A stretch of DNA of 64,000 bases from Ginglymostoma cirratum (taxonomy: Eukaryota). The notes beneath the pieces are model-generated. The model saw only the letters and a program-made list of their open reading frames with translations, did not search any database and was not told the DNA's origin. Shown piece after piece: positions 13,201 to 24,957 of this stretch (the first letter of the stretch is position 1; each line of letters begins with the position of its first letter). Position numbers and translations under genes: made by a program. The stretch is from NCBI GenBank assembly GCA_024137785.1, contig JAHRHZ010000021.1, positions 33,267,844 through 33,331,843 of the forward strand, given 5' to 3'.

Positions 13201-15714
13201 AGTTGGAACAGTCAGGACCTGGACTTCATTCCATATCCCAGTGAAAATTATATTACAAGTAATTAATTGGTGTTTCACCATGAAATCACTGTACAAGAGA
13301 ACTCATTGCCACCTGGCAATACGAGTCACAGTGCATTGCATTACATTTCGCACAAAGATTATGTTTTCCAGTTCAAATTAAATCATATGTTCATGCACCA
13401 AAAGGAAAGTTTTGGCTACTGAAACAAAGGATATCAATCACATTTCATGATACAGTACATTTTTGAACAGGAAAACAGGAGTAGCTGGATGCTAAACATG
13501 TACAACAAACTAGAAGTGGTATACTGTGGTGATTCAGCCATCAAACTACATTTCCTGTCCTGTGTCATTTAAAAGAGGCAAACAGTGCCTCCTAGCAAAG
13601 ACTAATGACAACACTTAGAGCCTAGAAAATCAATGTCTCTGTGCTCTCACTCATTCAAATGTCTGGAAGGGCCTTAATGCACCAAATAGTACCTCACTTT
13701 AAAATTCTCTGACCTATTCCTCAGAACACAGCGGATTCTTCAGTGTAGCTCTAAGCTGAAACACCACTATTTCCAAAGAGACAGCACTGGGATATACAGG
13801 AAGGTGGCATCAACTGCAAAAGGACGCAAGAACCAAATGTCCCCCTCATCTTATTCAAATAGCTCCATAAAGCTGAAGCTGGTGTGGGTGCAGGCTAGCT
13901 CTGCACATCACCATGCTCCCAGCAAAGTGTTAAAGGGGTTGTGCCTCTTCCTACAGACCTATGAACCTGGAAATATTTCATGCCTGCAGCATAAGTGCCA
14001 GGGAAATTGACCATTAACTTACAACTTGTAATTGAAATTCCTGTCTTTGTAACCTTAGTACAAACGAGCTTCTGCGCAGTTTCATTGTTCAAAATCTTTG
14101 CACTTTCTTTCTTTACACGAATCTGCATGTGTTTGCAATTTCCACCCATCCCTGGGTATAAAGTGATGTGACTTGTGCTGGCTAATTAGATTGATATATG
14201 AAGCTCAGCTGCACTCTGAGGCATCCACTAGTTACCTGCTGCTAATCTGATTTAATGCATGTCAAAAAACTGCAGGGCTTTGACTGCAAGCATGAAAATC
14301 CTTTCTCGTGTTGCTCTGGAATGGAAATGAGATCAAGCGATAGAAACAGTAAAATTGTTTATTGCTTTAAATTTCACTGTTTACCTAGACTCGGGCACCA
14401 GCTATTGGAAAAAGGCCAAATTATTTAAAATTCAACTTTAGTGAAGGACATTGTGCTTATACACCCTTACCATATATAGTCTTTCAGCAAAAGCAGGCAA
14501 GTGAGGGAGAGAGAGCACAAGCACACGGAAGGAGCCAATAAAGGCAAATTGCAGATTAGATAAACAACAGACATATTTTCAGTAGGGAGCTAATGGTGCT
14601 GTGTCCCGGTAACTCGATGAACCACAGGAAACCTTGCTTATTAGTGGAGAGGATGTAAATAAGCCTTAAAACACTTCTGAAAGTTTGTTCAACACCACTC
14701 ACCAGCATGAGGTTATAAAGCTTATTAGCCTTTGAAAGAATTAAATTTAGTAACAAGGCATTTGGCTCCGTTTCAATCTCTCAAAGGAATTAACAATGCA
14801 AATTTTACTCTGTACCAAAAAGACTCTTTTGCTCCCAGCTTCCTTCTTTAACTACTGGTGCTCTGCAACTGCCATACACTATTCTCCACTTTCTCCAACT
14901 GACAGGGGCATTCGTACTTTATATTTAGCAGCAGTTCCCTTTGTCATTCCTCACAGAGATTTAGGGGCTGTTGCAAGGGTGTGCATTACTGAAATTGAAT
15001 GCATATTGATGATAAAATCACTCAGACAAAATGTTTTGAGTGAACTGTACTCAGAAAATACAATGATGCAAGTGTATTCTGACTGGGGACAAAGAAACAA
15101 ATACGTTTTCCGTAGCCACTGAGATAAATAATTGCAGTAAAGTCTCACAGTTCACAGGGGATATGTTCATGTGTAGCCTCAAACAGTGATTTTTGCAAGC
15201 AGCAAATGTGGCAGACTGCATATGCTCACTATGAGCCAGTGTACACTTCCTACTTCAGGAAGAACGTTTTCTAAACTGTATAGATTAGTGACGATTATAC
15301 TGTCAATGGGTGAAAAGGTGTACGATAATTTTTGCTCAGATGAGCAAATTTGTGAAGAGTAGACACACAAACAAACAGCAAGACTTGACAGAACAGTTTC
15401 ACAGTTACATCAGTAAAGAAATTAGATTAAGTCACATAGTTGAGAACAGTGGCTCAGAATAGAAGATGAATTAGTGGCTGGAAACAGCAACTCAAGAGGG
15501 AGAGCACAGCTGGGCTTGAAGTTACAATGGGAATATTTCCTTGAGATGCCCTGGCTTCGTTCCTCCTGTTCATCAGCTATTTTCTGTGTTTTATCCAAGT
15601 TCTCCCGTGACTTTTCATCAGCCCAGGAAGTTTAGGCATTAGCCTGCATGATCAGAATTTTTGAAATTATATTGATTCTGTTGGAATCAATTCAGATGTG
15701 ACACAATGAGAGAA

Positions 15715-16105
15715 GAATGAGAGATGATCTCATTAAAACATACAGGATCCTTTAGGGGCTCGACAGGGTAAATGCTGAGAGGATGTTTCCCCTCATGGGA
15801 GAGTCCAGGACCAGGGGGCATAGTCTCAAAGGGGCTTCAATTCAATACTGAGGTGAGGAGGAATTTCTTTCGAGCATTGAGTGTCTCTGGAACTCCTTGC
15901 CACAGAGAGCTGTGGGGGCAGAATCCGAGTGTATATTTAAGACTAAGATAGATAGATAGATTCTTGATCAGTATAGGAATCAAGGGTTATGGGGCAAAGG
16001 CAGGAAAAGGGACAAGAGGAACACTGGATCAGCCATGATCTTATAGAATGACAGAGCAGGCTTCAGGGGCTGAACAGCCTACTCCTGTTCCTATTTCTTG
16101 TGGTT
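15715..16105 (+). mobile_element. CR1-like LINE 3' fragment
   Basis: agaatgagagatgatctcatt (RxRGDLI motif) ... ggatcagccatgatctt ... cctactcctgttcctatttcttg. Confidence 0.85.
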
Positions 16106-17354
16106 TTAAAAAATTTTTTAAAGATTAAAAGCAGTAAATTACTACAGAATAGCCTGTTAGACAATTTATAGCTTTGAGGAAACATTCAATAGTGTTAGAG
16201 AAATACAAGGTGGAATCTTATAGGGGCCTGAACAATGTGGGCTATGGAGAGGAACCTGACAGAATGACAGCAGAAATTGTTGAGGCCTTTCTTGATGTTA
16301 GGAACAACTATTTGCATTTTCAAACAAAGTACCAGGTTTCAAGACAAGATTCTCGCTGGGCTACGGTTTATGCTTGCCAACCACTTCAATCACTGCAAAT
16401 CTTGCCTCATTAATATGCAGCTTCCTAGCCTCTCATTGGCTGTGAGGAAACTAGATGTTGAAAATTCCCAGCATGCAACTATGAGCAGGGACCCAGTGAC
16501 TTCAGTTCATGGCTGGCTCCCCTTGGCTACCATCGTGCAATAACGTCTGAGAGTACTCCATGTCTGTGGACACTACTGTCCTCTTAGGAACCATTTGGTA
16601 CCTTTCTGATTCACTTACAGGATGCTTCTCTCTTTTCAAGCTGCACCAGCAACTGGCATTGAAATGCTGCTGAAAGGACACTTTGTGTGCAGCAACAGAC
16701 ACCCAGCTCACAGACTGGTCCAGGCTACTCACTCACTTTGAGCCTACCTGGATGCTCACTGTATCCCTGCCGTGCCTCATCTTTCAGTGATTTCCTTCCT
16801 CAGCCAGAGCTACCAGGATCATATTACTTCTGTCTTGTCTTGCTATTTAACACAGACATAAAGCCAAGTAGCTTATCATTGCTGTCAGCTAACCACAGTC
16901 AAATCAAGCCTTCAGTCATGGAATCCTGGCACAGGAAATCAAGGACAGCCTCCGATATCACTCCAGAGACTTGGGCACAGTTATTCAGCCACTCAGGACT
17001 GAGGGGGTCCAGACTGCTCCTCAAACAAGTGAGAAGCTGAATGTTAGGCAGCCCACCACCCATCTTGGCTCTTTCTGCCTTAATGTAATTTCTTTTCCCC
17101 CTCAAATGGGAGAAAGAAGGGGAAAGAAGGAGATGGAAGCGGGTGGCACAACTGTTAATACTGGTTCAGGTGGGGGAAAAAAAGGGAAAAGGTGTCCCAA
17201 GTGAGTAAATACTTAAGGCAGAAGGCATGAAAAGTTGAAGGTGTTGAGATAGATTACAGCAAGAGAGGGAAGATGTTACAAACAGTGAAAGTGGTAGAGC
17301 TTGAGCCTTAGTTGGTGGTGCATGCAGTAGCAGAGAGAAGACTGTGAATCTCAC

Positions 17355-17590
17355 CTGGTGGAATGGAGAAGGTCACTGACTTTCTTCCTACAGTGCGAGG
17401 CATTCCTCCAGATAGCTGAGACCACACTGACCCAGGTAGCAACCTCAGAGCAGGCTGGCAGAGGCAGGTGTTATGGTCTCCACTGCCAATCCGGGGGAAA
17501 CAGGACAGCCCTCACTGAATCTACCAGGACCTCCAGGCCCACGTCCACAAAGCAACGAATCAAATTTCCTCTTCCCTGCCATATTTTGGC
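17355..17590 (-). mobile_element. Decayed Myb/SANT-like domain exon, probably from a PIF/Harbinger transposon
   Basis: Minus translation RCFVDVGLEVLVDSVRAVLFPPDWQWRP*HLPLPACSEVATWVSVVSAIWRNASHCRKKVSDLLHSTR, followed by GTGAG. Fits the trihelix pattern (F...LE.L...V....LF ... EVA..VS ... R....CRKK..DL); contains an in-frame stop. Confidence 0.65.
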
Positions 17591-17959
17591 AAGTATCAGT
17601 CCAGTTACCATGCAGGGCAGCTCTGGACTGACAGTGTTTGTCTGGGTGCACATTGGCCTTTTAAAGATGGTGCTAGCACTAGGGCTAAGAGGCTATTATG
17701 GGATATCCAGCAGTGGCAAATTCTTCTGGGTAGACTAAGGCTATCATCAGATGAGTGTATCGGCAAAGTGGTAAGGTAGGGAGTTTTGGATGATATGGCA
17801 AGTATCATCACTGGGCATCACAAACAGAAATCCCCCAGTAATGCAACAACATTGACACTTAACCAAAATATGACAAAATTCCACATCCAGAGTTAAAAAA
17901 ATATGACAAGTAAAGGAGGTTCTGCAACATTGCCGTGGCACAAAGAGTAGAATGGTTCA

Positions 17960-18125
17960 GTCATTCAATTTTATTCACTCATGGAGTATGGGCATCACTG
18001 GCCGGGCTAACTTGCCCTTGTGAAGGTGGTGGTGGAGTTGCTTTCCTGAAACACCACAATCCATTTAGTGGAGGTACACTCACAAAGTCTTTAGGGAGGG
18101 AGTTTCAGGATTTTGATCCAGAATC
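17960..18125 (-). mobile_element. 3' tail fragment of the APE/RT LINE family
   Basis: ttattcactcatggagtatgggcatcactggcc ... tgcccttgtgaaggtggtggtg ... ttagggagggagtttcaggattttgatcca is the reverse complement of 39145-39320. Confidence 0.7.
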
Positions 18126-18299
18126 AGTGAATATAAGCTTCAGAACAAAAGTAGTTACTGAAAAGAGGCTCACAACAAGCCAACACAGAGAACAAACCAA
18201 ACACCTTCATGCAAAAAACCAATGTCAGGACTGCAGAACAAGAAGAGCTTGCATGCATAGATGAGGTCCAACCGTCACACAAAAATGTTGTGTTTGCAA

Positions 18300-19150
18300 A
18301 AGTATAAGTGACTTCCTGAATGTGTGCAGAGGAAGACATTCATTTGCAGTACAGAACTTGAGAGCTGCTAAAAGAGATACATTTTGAAAATGTTTTACAT
18401 CTTGGACTCACCAGGACAATACACAATACCAAGTCAAGAGGAAAACTGACCATTATACTGTATGAGGAGGAGGATGCTGATTGGTTGGCAATCTGATTAG
18501 TAGGCAGTTTGGTAGAGCTATTGTCATGGAGGATACACTAATTAATTATGATTCAAAATTAACTGGCAGGTTTTGTTAAAATGTTAAACCAGGCAGACTG
18601 ATTCTGCCAGCAGTAGGGCTGAGGGGTCGTTACTGGATATCCCAGCAGTGGCGAATATTTCTGGCATTGGCCTGAGAAATTAATCAGAAAATGGCTGTCA
18701 TATATTTTGTTGAGTTGAAACAGGCACAACAACGTGTGTACGTCTTCTTTCTGTCTGCAAAGAACAGGGCCCTGTGTATCAACAAATAGAACTTCCAGTA
18801 CACTCAAGTACGCTACGGTACAAGCTTGAAAATATTTTGTCAGCAGAATTTATCGCACACAGGATTATCCAGCAAATGTTATCCAACTGTAGAATCGCAT
18901 CAAATGTTGGACACTGTTGTGAAATTTGCAAGTGAGAGCTGGTTGGGCATGGTCGGTACTTTGCCTGTTGTGAATACCTGAAGAAATATGCTGTTTGATA
19001 CCATCTGCCAGTCTTGGGGACATACAGCCTACATACCCAACATCACACTGGCACTGAAACTCATATACCACATTACACATTTGTGGAATAGGCAGAACAT
19101 CTCTTTGGCTTGACAGTAACATCCTGTTAGTGACAAACACCACTGTGAGA
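18300..19150 (-). mobile_element. Penelope-like element 3' fragment with a decayed GIY-YIG endonuclease
   Basis: Track ORF 18865..19143 contains DVLPIPQMCNVVYEFQCQCDVGYVGCMSPRLADGIKQH (VVY-x-C-x-C-YVG form of GIY-YIG). It continues into LEVLFVDTQGPVLCRQKE in ORF 18559..18807. Confidence 0.85.
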
Positions 19151-19419
19151 TTAAAAGACCCCAGGTGATATTATAGGACCTAAGCTAGAAGGGAAGAGTT
19201 TGTGAAGGAAATTTTGGACTTCAAATATGTTTCAGATAAAAAAAAATAGATCAATAACAAGGTCCTGATCAGAACGGATTCAAAACAATGATTCTGAGGA
19301 TAAGAGATTTTAGTTGTCTGGATAAAATAGTGAAGCTGAGGCTTTAGATGAGGTTGACAGAAGATGTGAACAGAACAGAACAGAATCCCTACAGCGTGGA
19401 AACAAGCCATTCAGCCCAT

Positions 19420-19750
19420 CAGATATTCAAAATTGTGAGGGACCTGGACAGAATTGATAGAAAACTGCACCCGTTATGAATGAGTTGAAAAACTGAGGGC
19501 ACAGATTTAAAGTGATTGGCAAAAGAACCAGAACCAATGAGTTTTTTTTTTTACAGACAGGTAGTTAGGATCCATAATTCACTACTGTACCTCAGAGTGT
19601 AGTGATACAAGTGAGGCCATAATGATCTGAACAGAATATATTTGCAGGGGACTATGAGGAAAAGGCAGCTCAGTGGGAAGAGCCAAGTTGTTCTCTTGGG
19701 CCTAGGATGAACACAGCAGCGGCCTCCTCCTGTGCTGTAACTATTCTATC
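19420..19750 (+). mobile_element. Decayed CR1-like 3' fragment
   Basis: ttcaaaattgtgaggggacctggacaga ... gagggcacagatttaaagtgattggcaaaagaacc ... ggcctcctcctgtgctgtaactattctat. Confidence 0.7.
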
Positions 19751-21401
19751 AATCTACAAAACTTTGTTCAGTCACCCTGACACCAAAATAATTTCTATTT
19801 GCTGCCAGCAGTAACACTGATCCTGAAGGAGCAGGGAAACTCTTATCTTGAGCTGAATCTTTGCTCCCTGTTACAGTCATAGACTGTCATGTAAATGGCC
19901 AGAAATGTGCATTGTTGGACATTTCTGGTGAACAGTGTTAGAGCAGGTTTCAGTGCCAGCCATTTCTATGTAATGCGCTTCTTGGATCCACTTCTGTTCT
20001 CTTTAGTCATCGTTAGAATTCTTGTCCATAAAAGTCAGATGGCCCTGAAATTGCTTTCAGAATCTAAACCAGTTCCCTCCAAACAGATGAGAAACAATGT
20101 GATTTACTGCCAGCGTTTTTCCACATTCTTGCCCCATCTGGTCTGCTGCCCCCTTGCTCCGTCATGCCGCCGTCATGCTTAATTACCGGTTGGCTGGCAT
20201 GGAACAAAAGTCTGCTTGTGTTTGAGGATTGTAGACTAAACACTGGGACACTCCCAGCGGAAGTCACACCTCTTCCCTTGAAACAAAATGTACAGCTGAA
20301 CTAAAGAACTCAAGGCACAAGGCTGCTGTTAAATTGGGTTGGTACTGATTTTTAAGCTCACCACACGTTTACTTGGCTCAAGGAGCCTGAAGCTTCGAGG
20401 ACATAAAATTACAGGAAAACGGGGGAGGGTGAGGGAAGCAGAAGAATAAACAATGCAGGATAAACTAAACAACCTAAATTTATTAAATTGATTCAAAGTA
20501 CAAGTACGTCATGTGCACGGCGGGAGCTTTCCTATGAGAGAATACATGTCCTGAGTTTACAGTTACCTCCCAGCTTCCGGAGTAGCTTTGTAAGTGCCTC
20601 CTGGCAAAGGACAGAGATGAACTTGTGGTAAATTATCCTTCATTCCCTTATTGTATTGTTTACTCCTCTCAAAGAGACAATTCTGCTTTTGAAAAATGAA
20701 AAGTGAGAACACAAGTTGGCTATTCAGCCGTGTCTGCCTGCTCCAATACTTATTATAATCATGGCTGATTTTCCACTTTGACTCCACCAAAAGAAGAATA
20801 GTTTTATTTACAAAAGCAGTCAGTATGCCTCCTTTTCTCTGAGTGAGGCACTTCACTCATGTAGTGAAATCAATTATATCATATCTTTAGCAAGGTGCCT
20901 CCTCCTAATTTTCTCTCCTCCTTCTCTGAAGGCGTTAACTTTTGGCTTTACTTCCTCAGCTGCAGGTAATCCTGCAGAATCTCTCCCACATGCACATCCT
21001 TCCTGTGTGAGCATATATTTAATGTTTATTTTGGAAGATTAGTAGCTATCCCAGGGTCCTGTTTTCACACAATACCAGTATATTTGAAACTGATCAGAAT
21101 TGGAAATCCTATTTGATAGCCCGCCCTGTCGGCCACAAATACTGTGACCTATTTTAGTGTCCTGGCTGAAATCAATTAACTGGAAACCTTCCCAGTTAGT
21201 TTCACACTGGACAATGAACTTAACAACAGAACCATCAGGGAGCTTTGACCGCAGTTTCAACAAAAACACTGAGGATGATGAGCATGTGCAATTTATAGGT
21301 TCCCAACTTGTAAGCAATCAGACTGATGAATGTTTCTGTTAATTACTAAAATTCTACATTAAGACTGAATGACCTTGTATGATGCATTCATTGTCTTCCA
21401 G

Positions 21402-21484
21402 TGATCCGGGCAAAAGTGGTTGGGAAGAAACTGCTGAAGGATGGACCTTTTGGTACAATGCGCTACACCATCAAACAGACGAAG
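21402..21484 (+). CDS. TIMP3: TIMP3 coding exon 2 (83 nt)
   Basis: ttccAG|TG ATC CGG ... ACG AAG|GTtagt. Translates (V)[27 protein letters not shown], which contains the TIMP VIRAK signature and resembles human TIMP3 [28 protein letters not shown]. Confidence 0.97.
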
Positions 21485-23814
21485 GTTAGTGACACCAAAC
21501 TAGTCAATATTGTAAAGAATCTGAATGTATGTGATTCAACGATGCAATGCTATTTCAAATCCGGCAACTGAATTTGAATTGGGTATTGAGTGACACAATG
21601 AAACTTTCCTCTTTCTGGTTGTTGAAAGAGACCCGATTTTGGTGAAGTCTTTATCCAGTTCTGAAAGCGAAAGTGAGCTTAAAGCTACCTGAAACAGTTC
21701 ACAGAAATAGTTGGTATAGAAAACAGAATGGCTACATTTGGAGATATTGCCGGTGTTGGAATTACAGAAAGTGGTGGAGCAGAGTGGAGGTTGATTCACT
21801 TTGAATTTATTCACTTTGAATATCCATGACCAAAGAGTACTTGACATTGATACTGGGTGTAAAGATGTCAAGATGTTTGATTCCAACTAAAACATATCAG
21901 TCATTCTGAAGAGAAGAAGATCATTTTTCTTCTAAATTCCTCTTTGAAAGGCTGACAATGATGGTTTTCATCATCCTGTGACAATGATGCAAGTCAGTTC
22001 ATCAGCCGATATCTTGCCTCTTTCCATTTTAAAGAAATGCCTCTCTGATAGTCAGCTGGCCTTAGCTAATGTTACACACTGAACATATTAGGAATTATAG
22101 AGATGGAGAGAGCCTGCATCTTATGTGACAGGGTATACAATGCGTGAATGATTTGTTTTGCAATCTCATTGAATAACAAATGAACTTAGATGTGAGGGTG
22201 GAGTGGTGGAGAGGGAGGTGATGGTGTTAGGAGGAGCAGAAATGGGAAATATTGCTGCAGGGAAGGAAGCAGACGAGAAGAACAATGTACTATGCAAACT
22301 ACAAGATTGTAACATGCTGATCAAGAAAAATAAATAGTTTTCCAAAACAGACGTAAAGGCCAGTGGTAAAGCTAATGTCACTTGATTACCAACTTCCAGG
22401 TGTTGTGTGCAGTGGAAGCCATGACTTCTGTTCTCTCCCTGTTCCACCTCAATCCAATGCATCATGTAACGCTGAAGCTACAATTGGGAATGTAGCCTAA
22501 ATGAAACCATAGATATTAAGATTACAATCTTTCTTGTACCTATATCTGGATTAATGCTGTGATTAGGGCTGAAGCTTAAAGTTTTTGGTTGGTAGCAAAC
22601 TTAGTTCACCTGCCAGGTTATTAATCAGTTGGCACTATTAACAAACCTTTCCACCACTCTATTGGTGTTTGGCAGGTGGCTGAAGGATCAGTTATTGGCT
22701 AGGTTAAGATTTGCTAGCATTTTGGGAAAAGGGTGTAGACAGGTAATCTTCCACATTGTTATGTACAGTCAAGGTATAATTGAAATAAAATGGAAACCAA
22801 GAAGGTGGAGTTGTACGGTACCTAATGGGAGCGAATCATTCCTTTGCATTTCATTTAAGCTGCAGAGGTGTAAGAGTTAACATTGCACCAGCTGCTGAAT
22901 ACCAGAATTGTTCTCTTCAAGCCAGCGGTGACAGACTTTTAAAAATAGATCAAAGACATCTACTTGGAAGACCCCATCTTTTAACAGATGGCAGATACAC
23001 ATGGGGACAGTCAGATAAACAACAGCATTGTGAAATGCCTGGATGGCCTTTCCTGCTGCTTCCCCATCTGCTAGTAACATTTTCTGTGGACAGGTGTGTA
23101 CTTAGCCTCACCGTGAGCTCAAGCATATGAATAACCTTTCTCCAGGGATTACTCTTTCATGCAAAATGAATTGAGAAAATTGAAGTAAAATATACTACCT
23201 TAACAGAAAGGATCAATTTCAATACCTTTAGGAAGTGCTAATGTCAATTTATATAACAGAACCTAACACCATTTCTAAAGCAGGTAATCTCCAAGGATTT
23301 AGTAATACCAGGCTCTGAAGTAATGTCTTTTAATGTTGAAATAGGATGCATGTTAAAAAATATCACTGAGGGACTGGCATCTTTGTCCAGATTTACTTCC
23401 TCCAACAAACTCTTCTAAAGAGCTCAGATTACTTTTCACGCTGACTTTCACTAAGCTCATACTGTATTAGTTGCAACATCTGCCACATCATACTGTGGTT
23501 ATGTTAATGTGATCTTTTTATTTCTTTCAAATAAAGTTTAAATGAAGTAGCAAGTTTTAAATATAGTAGTACATTTTTAGCATCAGACCTCACGATGTCG
23601 TAGTGTATTTCTCATCTTATAAGCCTGGTAAAGTGACTTATTGCCAAGCCAAAGAAGAGCTGCTGTAAACCAACTCCTCCTTGTTATGATTTTATCCTCT
23701 CCAGACTTATTCTTCCCCTCCAATTAAAGTTTTATCAGAGTCTTTTCAAGTAAATAAAATTCAAATTTCAACATATTTTTAACTATTTCAGATAACCTTT
23801 TTTTATGAAACTCA

Positions 23815-24470
23815 ACTTTCCCCCGTTTCTCATCTACATTCTGCCTCTTGGTGCCATTATCCAAAAATATATTAGTTTTCACACAGACACTAACAACACC
23901 CAGCGCTTTCCCCAGCAACAATCTGAAACTCAGTCAGTTTGTGATGTTAGATTTGATCCCAACATGAGCCTCCAACTTCACATTTTCACAAACACTGAGA
24001 TGAGCTATTTTCACCTTCATAACTTTGACTTTGCTTAGTCTTATCTAACCTGCTGAAATTCTCAACCATACTTTCATCTCTTCCAGACTCAACTATTCCA
24101 AAGCAGTCCTGGCCTTTGTAAACTTGAGGACATCTGAGAATCTGCCTCCTGTGTCCTAGTCCACAGCATTCCCCTCGCAGCCCTGTGTTCCCTGAACATG
24201 TTATTTCACAATCAAGCAAAATGATAATCTTAAAATTCTCCTCCATGTCCGCCTCCTTTGCTCCTGCAGCTCCATAATCTCCTCCAACCACACAACCCTG
24301 AGATATCTGTACTGATGTGTGTACTTATCCGTGACTACCTCACTTTTGCCTTTTTTAAGGCACTTCTTACGTATACCACCCTGACCAAGTGTTTGGTTAT
24401 CTGATCTACCATTTCCTGAAAGCTCCGTGGGATATTTTATTGCATTAATAGTGGAATATAAATGCAAGTC
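23815..24470 (+). mobile_element. Decayed L2-like LINE (RT fragment to 3' tail)
   Basis: PPFLIYILPLGAIIQKYISFHTDTNNTQ resembles the L2 RT motif PLLFxIYxLPLGxII...FHxYADDTQ. Ends in an L2-type tail (gggatattttattgc...tataaatgcaag). Confidence 0.75.
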
Positions 24471-24540
24471 ACGCTGTGATATTTGAACTCAACTTTTATG
24501 AATAAAAAGCAAATCACCAAACAATTTTTGACTGAAGCGA

Positions 24541-24765
24541 AGATGCTGTGGATGCTGGAAATCTGAAACAAACACAGAGAATGCTGGAGAAACTCAGCAG
24601 CTCCGGCAGCATCTGTGGAGAGAGAAACAGTTAATGTTTTGAGTCCAGTATCACTTCTTCAGAACCTTCAGTTCTGAAAAAGAGTAATACCAGATTTGAA
24701 AAGTTAATTCTCTCTCTAATCCACTGATGCTATCAGACCTGATGAGTTTCTCCAGATTTTCAGTG
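24541..24765. mobile_element. Penelope-derived short inverted-repeat (hairpin) element
   Basis: Arms ~24583-24665 and ~24671-24755 are imperfect reverse complements around a 5-nt loop. Same family as 51480-51685, 32860-32960 and 42075-42155. Confidence 0.75.
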
Positions 24766-24845
24766 TCTTAACACTATATTTACATTTTTTCATCAAGAAA
24801 CTGACTGTCTGGATTGCAGTTGACAATGATTTCTCTCTTCCAAAG

Positions 24846-24957
24846 ATGTACCGTGGTTTCAACAAAACGCGCAATGTTCAGTATATCTATACGGAAGCTG
24901 CAGAGAGTCTGTGTGGTGTCCGGCTTCAGGTGAACAAGTTCCAGTATCTCATCACAG
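24846..24957 (+). CDS. TIMP3: TIMP3 coding exon 3 (112 nt)
   Basis: caaAG|ATG TAC CGT ... ATC ACA G|GTaatc. Translates [37 protein letters not shown](G), with the ESLCG motif; in phase with exon 2. Confidence 0.97.
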
